From: Bacillota bacterium
GTDB lineage: Bacteria; Bacillota; Clostridia; Saccharofermentanales; DTU023
NCBI GenBank assembly: GCA_035654855.1
Contig: DASRVY010000012.1
Location: 1-61,661, forward strand
DNA length: 61,661 nucleotides
Direction: 5' to 3'
Both the position numbers and the translations under genes were made by a program. Positions 55,972 through 61,661 of the stretch are shown here, in pieces. Positions within the stretch are counted from its first letter, which is position 1; each line of letters opens with the position of its first letter. The notes below the pieces were generated by a model, which worked only from the letters and a program-made list of their open reading frames with translations, searched no databases and had not been told where the DNA came from.

Positions 55972-56015
55972 GAATCAAGAAAAGAAACCCGGCTTCCAAT
56001 GCAAGAGGCCGGGTT
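55972..56015 (-). terminator. Intrinsic terminator of the opp operon
   Basis: Minus strand: AACCCGGC-loop-GCCGGGTT followed by TCTTTTCTT, about 85 nt after the oppA stop. Confidence 0.6.
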
Positions 56016-56098
56016 GGCTTAAAGTATCTTTGATTGAATTTGTCTGTCAATCGGCAGCCAGATCATTTTCTGCTGAATCGGGCGTCACAGACAGTTTA

Positions 56099-57937
56099 TT
56101 ATCTGCCAAACTGAGCGTCGTTGTTGCCGCTGTCAGTTGTCCACATTTCCAGCATATTGATTGGGTCGTTGAAGTCAGCGATCCAGCCGTGGCGCGCCAC
56201 GTCATAGTTGCCGGCTTTTCTCTCGGCCAGGGTTGTATCCCAGTCCATCTGACTAATAGACATCTCAATGCCAAGCTGAGCCAGATCATCAAGGATTATC
56301 TGAGCGATCTGGGCATGAGCTTCATTGGTATTTAAGAGATAATTTATATGCAGGGGATTTGAAGGCAGGAGCTTACCGTCGTCGCCAAATTCAAAACCGG
56401 CTTCCTCAAGTAATTCTCTGGCTTTGTCTAAATCCTGCTCCAGAGGATAATAGCCTGCGGAGTCAGCGTCAGGATAGGTATATGTGTCAGTATTGCGTTT
56501 GAACTCATTGCCTGTTCCATCCTGCATCATGGGCGGCAGGAAGGCGTTGGCGAGCGTCTGGCCGGTCTGGCCAACAACATCAACGATATACTGACGGTCA
56601 ATAGCTCTCGTTATAGCCAATCTAACTTTGGCTGCCTGATCAGTCGTCATGCCGTCAAACATCTCAGACTTGACGTTAAAGATGACAAAATAGGTTCCCA
56701 GATTGTCTACAACTTTGAATTCAGGATTATCATCTTCAATCAGCTTTTTGATCTCAGCCGGCGGAACGGTGTCAATGAAATCAAGATCACCGGCGTTGTA
56801 CATTTGGAATATGACAGGATCATCATCGTTGAGGACAAAATGTAGTTTTTCCAGTTTGACATCATCAGCGCGGTGGAAGTTGGGATTCTTCTCAAAGGTA
56901 ATACTTTGGTTATGCACCCAACCGGTATTCATGAACGGGCCGTTGGAGACATAGTTGCCATCCTGCGTCCAGGCTGCCGGATCTTTGATATTGCCATCGG
57001 CATCTTTATAGCCGGGAGCGCTTTCGACAGTGTCCTTGTGAACAGGGAAATAGGTTGGGAAAGCGCACAGATCCAAGAAATAGGCTGTGATGGCCTTAAG
57101 CTTGATGGTCAAAGTCTTGCCATCTTCGGATGCGGTTACTGCCAGTTGAGCAACATCTTGCGTATCATCTTCCGGCCAGCCTTCAATGCAGTCGAGCATG
57201 TAACGATAATCGGCTCCAACTTCAGGATCGGCTGCGCGTTTCAGTGAATACTCAAAATCACGCGCGTCAAAGGGATCCCCATTGGACCATTTCAAGCCAT
57301 CGCGCATTGTGAAGGTGTAGGTTAAACCATCTTCGGAAACGTCAATTTTCTCGGCGGTATCGGGCACCAGCTCCATATCTTCATTATAGGTGACCAGACC
57401 GGAGAAAGAGTTAACGGTCATAACTGCCCCATCAACAGAGCTGTTTAGTGCAGGGTCAATGTACTGAGGCTCACTTGAGATGCAAAGGTTTAAGTCCTTC
57501 TTATCACCATAAGTGGCTTTTTCAAAATACTTATAGGCGTATGGTGTGACATAGAAGCCTTCCAAACCAGCTTTAGCCATATAGTGATCGTTGTAATAGT
57601 AGATGGGTACGATAGCACCGGTCGACATTAGCATATCTTCCGCTTCATGCATGGCTGCCTGCCGCGCTTCCATATCCTTCGTTGTCTTGATGAAATTGAT
57701 CAGTTCGTCATAGTCCTTCCAATCGTGCGGATCTTGGTGTTCAGATACCGGTTCACCCGGCTCATCGCCCGGCTCATCAGCAGGCTTACCTGTCTCTTCC
57801 GGCTCATCTGCGGGTTCTTCTGTTTTTTCCGCATCTGCCGGTGCGTCAGTCTTCTCGGGTGCCTCTTTCTTGTCGCCACAAGCAACTATTGAAAAAAGCA
57901 TAGCGAAGACCAATAAGATTGTCAGTAATTTCTTCAT
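56099..57937 (-). CDS. oppA: Oligopeptide ABC transporter substrate-binding lipoprotein (family 5)
   Basis: Lipobox FSIVAC, a long acidic P/E/D-rich tether, then an SBP_bac_5-like body (..NPNFHRAD..; ..DWDT...AR..GW..D). Confidence 0.85.
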   Translation of the reverse strand: MKKLLTILLVFAMLFSIVACGDKKEAPEKTDAPADAEKTEEPADEPEETGKPADEPGDEPGEPVSEHQDPHDWKDYDELINFIKTTKDMEARQAAMHEAEDMLMSTGAIVPIYYYNDHYMAKAGLEGFYVTPYAYKYFEKATYGDKKDLNLCISSEPQYIDPALNSSVDGAVMTVNSFSGLVTYNEDMELVPDTAEKIDVSEDGLTYTFTMRDGLKWSNGDPFDARDFEYSLKRAADPEVGADYRYMLDCIEGWPEDDTQDVAQLAVTASEDGKTLTIKLKAITAYFLDLCAFPTYFPVHKDTVESAPGYKDADGNIKDPAAWTQDGNYVSNGPFMNTGWVHNQSITFEKNPNFHRADDVKLEKLHFVLNDDDPVIFQMYNAGDLDFIDTVPPAEIKKLIEDDNPEFKVVDNLGTYFVIFNVKSEMFDGMTTDQAAKVRLAITRAIDRQYIVDVVGQTGQTLANAFLPPMMQDGTGNEFKRNTDTYTYPDADSAGYYPLEQDLDKARELLEEAGFEFGDDGKLLPSNPLHINYLLNTNEAHAQIAQIILDDLAQLGIEMSISQMDWDTTLAERKAGNYDVARHGWIADFNDPINMLEMWTTDSGNNDAQFGR

Positions 57938-58070
57938 TCTTTTCTCCTTTACATTTCCGCTGTTGCGGGGTAAGTTATTCCGGTTGACTGAACCGATCCG
58001 GCACGGTTGCCATATACTCTGGCTGTCGGCTTATTGTTCCGTTCCCACGTTTTGATCGTGTTCACAATAT

Positions 58071-59099
58071 CTAACGGTTCCAGCAAGCGACAAAATGTTC
58101 ATCGCCTCTATCTTCAAAGGGCGGCGCCTCCAGCGCGCACTGCTCAGTCGCATACGGGCAACGAGTGCGGAAAGCACAACCGCTCGGCACATGTAATGGG
58201 CTGGGCACATCCCCTTCAAGCACAATTCTCTGGCTATTTCTCGCGGTGATCGGATCAGGGATCGGTATAGCGGAAAACAGTGACTCCGTATAGGGATGAA
58301 TAGGATTATTGTTTATCTCATTTGTTTTAGCAAGCTCAACTATTTTCCCCAAATACATTACAGCGATCCTATCGCTCATATAAGTGACGACAAGTATGTC
58401 ATGCGCAATAAACAAATAGCTTAGTTTTAGCTGCTCCTGCAGGTCTTTGAACATATTCAATATCTGCGCCTGGATCGAGACATCAAGAGCAGACACGGAC
58501 TCGTCGCAGACAATAAATTTTGGATTTATGGCCAGGGCTCTGGCAATCCCAATCCTTTGCCTCTGACCGCCGGAAAATTCATGGGCATAGCGGGTGGCGT
58601 GCTCCTTGTTTAATCCCACCAGGTGCATCAGCTCATACACTCTTTCTCTTTGCTCGTCTTTGGTTTTGTAGATGCGATGGATGGAAAGCGACTCCCCGAT
58701 AATATCCTCGACGGTCATCCTGGGATTCAGCGAGGAATAGGGGTCTTGAAAAACCATCTGCATGTTCCGGCGCAACGCCCTGACGTTCTTATCCTTAATT
58801 CTGGCACCATCAAAATACACTTCACCTGCTGTTGGCTCATAAAGCCACATCAGCGCGCGCCCAACTGTTGTTTTGCCACAGCCTGACTCGCCTACAAGAC
58901 CCAGAGTCTCTTGATGCTTGATGTAGAAAGAAACATCATCTACCGCCTTGAGCGGCAGGGTACTAAAAAAGCCGGTCTTAATATCGAAATATTTGCTAAG
59001 ATTCCAAACCTCCAGAATATTATCCGGATTTGGTCTGGAGGGGTCTTGAATGCCGGCAGTATTCTTTGACGTGAGATCACTGTTTACCTGCTTTGTCAT
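58071..59099 (-). CDS. oppF: Oligopeptide ABC transporter ATP-binding protein
   Basis: GESGCGKTT, FSGGQRQR, FIVCDESVSALD, and a C-terminal oligo_HPY Cys-rich tail (GCAFRTRCPYATEQC...ACW). Confidence 0.88.
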   Translation of the reverse strand: MTKQVNSDLTSKNTAGIQDPSRPNPDNILEVWNLSKYFDIKTGFFSTLPLKAVDDVSFYIKHQETLGLVGESGCGKTTVGRALMWLYEPTAGEVYFDGARIKDKNVRALRRNMQMVFQDPYSSLNPRMTVEDIIGESLSIHRIYKTKDEQRERVYELMHLVGLNKEHATRYAHEFSGGQRQRIGIARALAINPKFIVCDESVSALDVSIQAQILNMFKDLQEQLKLSYLFIAHDILVVTYMSDRIAVMYLGKIVELAKTNEINNNPIHPYTESLFSAIPIPDPITARNSQRIVLEGDVPSPLHVPSGCAFRTRCPYATEQCALEAPPFEDRGDEHFVACWNR

Positions 59100-60127
59100 G
59101 CGCGATCACCACCTTCCTCAGCGGTATCTGCCGCCACAGGCTGTTCCTTCTTTAAAATCTCGTGCACATTAACCCAGCAAGCGGCAGACTGAGTATCACT
59201 CAGCCACAGTTCTTCCGGATTCTGCTCTAAACAGATCTTCATCGCGGCTTCACAGCGAGGCGCGAAAGCGCATCCCGCCGGCAAGTTTAACAGGTCAATA
59301 GGATTGCCCGCAATGGGAATTAACCTTGTTTCTGATTTCTGCGACTTAGGGATTGATTTTAGCAAATTCTTTGTATACTCATGCTTGGGTGAATAAAAGA
59401 TATCGTCTGTAGTACCCCGTTCACACACAGAACCGGCATACATAACAATAATCTCATCACACATATCAGCAATAACGCCCAGGTCGTGTGTTATCATGAT
59501 GACGCTCATGCCAAATTGCCGCTGCAAATCTTTGATCAATTCCAGTATCTGCGCTTGAATCGTAACGTCCAAGGCAGTAGTCGGTTCATCCGCGATTAAG
59601 ATATCAGGTTCGCAGGCGAGAGCCATCGCAATCATAACTCTCTGACGCATTCCTCCCGACAGTTCATGCGGATATTGTTTAACCCGTCTTTGCGGATCAT
59701 TTATACCGACAAGTCGGATCAGTTCAAGTGAACGTTCTCTGATAGCCTTTCCTTCACGTTTGGTGTGCAGTCGGATTGCCTCATCCATCTGGTTGCCGAT
59801 AGTGTAGACCGGATTCAAGGAGGTCATGGGATCCTGAAAGATCATGCTGATATTTCTGCCCCGGTAATTTCTCATCTCTTTGTCTGACAGCTTGAGCAGA
59901 TCCTTGCCCCCCAAATTAATCTCGCCGCCTGTTACGCGCCCGGGGAAAGTTAGAATGCGCATGATTGAATATGCGGTAACGCTCTTGCCGCTGCCGGATT
60001 CTCCTACTATGCCCAGAACCTTTCCCTTTTCCAGATTGAAAGAGACGTTGTTTACAGCTTTGACTTCCCCCGCGTCGGTAAAGAAGGAAGTGCTGAGATT
60101 CTTTACTTGTAATATCATTTCAGCCAT
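59096..60127 (-). CDS. oppD: Oligopeptide ABC transporter ATP-binding protein
   Basis: GESGSGKS, LSGGMRQR, ILIADEPTTALD, and a C-terminal GCAFAPRCEAAMKIC...ACW. 4-nt overlap with oppF. Confidence 0.88.
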   Translation of the reverse strand: MAEMILQVKNLSTSFFTDAGEVKAVNNVSFNLEKGKVLGIVGESGSGKSVTAYSIMRILTFPGRVTGGEINLGGKDLLKLSDKEMRNYRGRNISMIFQDPMTSLNPVYTIGNQMDEAIRLHTKREGKAIRERSLELIRLVGINDPQRRVKQYPHELSGGMRQRVMIAMALACEPDILIADEPTTALDVTIQAQILELIKDLQRQFGMSVIMITHDLGVIADMCDEIIVMYAGSVCERGTTDDIFYSPKHEYTKNLLKSIPKSQKSETRLIPIAGNPIDLLNLPAGCAFAPRCEAAMKICLEQNPEELWLSDTQSAACWVNVHEILKKEQPVAADTAEEGGDRA

Positions 60128-60129
60128 AG

Positions 60130-61209
60130 TTATTTCCTCAACTTGGGATCAAAGGCATCCCGCAACCCGTCGCCCACCAGATTCAGAGCCAGTACAATCA
60201 ACGAAATGATAACCGCCGGGAAAATCAGCTGGTAAGGATAAGCCTGCAGTCCCTGACGCGCATCGCTGGCCAGTGAACCCAGACTGGGCATGGGCACCGC
60301 CACCCCCAGCCCCAGAAAGCTCAAAAAACTCTCTGTGAAGATCGCTGCCGGTATCTGCAGCGCTGTGGAAATAATTATCACGCTAATGCAGTTGGGCAGA
60401 ATATGTTTTTTAATAATCCTTGCATTGGAGGCGCCCATGGATTTGGCTGCCAGAACATATTCATTCTCCTTGATAGATAGGATTTGGCCTCTGATCAGGC
60501 GAGCCATGCTAACCCAATAGAGCAGTCCAAAAACAATAAACATGCTGATCATACCGGTGCCAATCTTGGCTAACATAGTGCCTTGAATCTGTTTTCCTAT
60601 GGTTTCCTTGAGTACAAAAGATAGGAGAATGATCATCAGAGTGTCTGGCAGTGAATAAATAATGTCTACTATTCTCATCATAATCAGATCAACCTTACCG
60701 CCAAAAAAGCCTGAGATAGAGCCGTAGATCAACCCGATTACCAGTACGATCATACTGGCAAAGAATCCAACAATCAAAGATACTCTGGTACCGATAATTA
60801 CTCTGATGAAATAGTCACGTCCCAGAGGATCTGTCCCCATAACATGGGGAAAAAGCTCACCACCGTTTTCGATGAATTCGGCCTCTTTTTCTGACCATTG
60901 ATAAGGACGAAGGTTGGCAACTGTCTGATCTCTCTTGCCGTCTACGCGGATTGTCTCGCTATAACTATAGGGAATGAAATGCGGAAGGATTATAATAGCC
61001 AGAACTATGAGAACAACAGCTATAACACTGGCCATCGCCATCTTATTTTTGCGGAAATTCTTAAAGCCATCGCGCCAAAAAGTACTCGGAGGGCGCATAA
61101 CCTCAAAACTTTGCTTCTCTTCATTTGACGCAAGGGTAAACTTAGACAGATCAACCTGCATGCTCAGAATATTTTTGGAAAACTCTTTCTTTTTCATATT
61201 CTCACTCAT
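60130..61209 (-). CDS. oppC: Oligopeptide ABC transporter permease
   Basis: BPD_transp_1 permease with an OppC-type N-terminus and the EAA-like loop AAKSMGASNARIIKKHILPN. Confidence 0.88.
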   Translation of the reverse strand: MSENMKKKEFSKNILSMQVDLSKFTLASNEEKQSFEVMRPPSTFWRDGFKNFRKNKMAMASVIAVVLIVLAIIILPHFIPYSYSETIRVDGKRDQTVANLRPYQWSEKEAEFIENGGELFPHVMGTDPLGRDYFIRVIIGTRVSLIVGFFASMIVLVIGLIYGSISGFFGGKVDLIMMRIVDIIYSLPDTLMIILLSFVLKETIGKQIQGTMLAKIGTGMISMFIVFGLLYWVSMARLIRGQILSIKENEYVLAAKSMGASNARIIKKHILPNCISVIIISTALQIPAAIFTESFLSFLGLGVAVPMPSLGSLASDARQGLQAYPYQLIFPAVIISLIVLALNLVGDGLRDAFDPKLRK

Positions 61210-61220
61210 GGCAGCCCCCC

Positions 61221-61661
61221 CTAGTCAAATTTGATCCTGGGATCAACTATCTTATAAATAATATCGCTGATTAAGGTCATAACGACCATAAGTGAAGCAA
61301 GAAAAATTGTTGTCCCCATGATCATGGTGTAGTCGCGGTTCAGTATGCTCTGAACAAATTCCAGGCCCAGTCCAGGCATGGTAAACACCGTTTCCACCAC
61401 CATGCTGCCGGTTAATGTGTATGCAACCATTGGGCCAAGATATGTAATGATAGGAAGTACGGAATTTCTTAGCGCATGCTTGATAACAACCAGAGTCGGA
61501 CTGACTCCTTTTGCCCGCGCAGTTCTGACGTAGTCTTCTGCCATCACATCCAGCATACTCGATTTGGTGAGCCTTGTAATATATGCTGCCGGATATAGAG
61601 ATAAGGAAAGCACCGCCAGGAAATAATTAGGTTTTAACTCGTTATAGACCGGGAACCAGCC
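61221..61661 (-). CDS. oppB: Oligopeptide ABC transporter permease, C-terminal part (continues past the right edge)
   Basis: The frame stays open to the window end. ...DYVRTARAKGVSPTLVVIKHALRNS... is the EAA loop of DppB/OppB-type permeases. Confidence 0.85.
   Translation of the reverse strand, partial: GWFPVYNELKPNYFLAVLSLSLYPAAYITRLTKSSMLDVMAEDYVRTARAKGVSPTLVVIKHALRNSVLPIITYLGPMVAYTLTGSMVVETVFTMPGLGLEFVQSILNRDYTMIMGTTIFLASLMVVMTLISDIIYKIVDPRIKFD

Noticed and set aside
55777-56022. 81-aa plus-strand ORF in the SPFH-opp intergenic region.
   Set aside because: It has no SD and runs straight through two strong terminator hairpins. The region is better explained as non-coding.
1-61661. Looked for CRISPR arrays, prophage blocks, restriction-modification, toxin-antitoxin and other known defence-system signatures across the whole window.
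   Set aside because: I saw no regularly spaced repeats with spacers, no cas, integrase, terminase or methylase-like ORFs, and no nuclease/ATPase pairs typical of defence islands. The only mobile DNA is the single IS.

Overview
This window looks like a chromosomal segment from a Firmicutes/Clostridia-like genome; that placement is inferred only from gene content and synteny. All calls were made by eye from the sequence and the ORF track, with no searches run. Hand-counted motif coordinates may be off by 1-2 nt.

Most of the window is housekeeping:
- fhs, then ftsE-ftsX with an M23 peptidase and an S41 peptidase
- tRNA-Ala, radA-ispD, alaS, a HIT protein, rpsU, recJ-rel, rnj and rpsT
- an LCP protein, ruvC-ruvA-ruvB-queH and rqcH
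- an oppBCDF-A operon running off the right edge
- a blaI/blaR1 pair running off the left edge

Accessory or unusual content:
1. 11.7-18.5 kb: an atypical signalling locus. It holds two paralogous stand-alone pseudo-receiver proteins, a lipoprotein-anchored 7TM protein with a degenerate HisKA_3-like C-terminus, a genuine HisKA_3 kinase, a NarL/LuxR regulator and two lipocalin-like lipoproteins.
2. 23.4-30.5 kb, minus strand: a tightly coupled four-gene operon. It encodes an opine-dehydrogenase-family protein, a 637-aa protein with an N-terminal DxHxxG cobalamin-binding domain, an FAD amine-oxidase-like protein and a DUF2298 'YYY' membrane protein. I cannot map it to any described pathway.
3. 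A complete IS (16-bp inverted repeats, 6-bp target duplication) sits exactly between two back-to-back divergent promoters.
4. A membrane protein combines a degenerate PP2C-like domain with a LysM domain.
5. An SPFH/ribbon-helix-helix bicistron has a tandem palindromic operator over its promoter, next to an orphan plus-strand intrinsic terminator that may mark a small RNA.
6. An AAA/DUF4143 ATPase gene next to tRNA-Leu is bracketed by homologous terminators and preceded by phased direct repeats.

I saw no CRISPR array, prophage or recognisable defence system. The two best candidates for something undescribed are the signalling locus and the B12/opine-DH/FAD/DUF2298 operon, but in both cases function is inference only.
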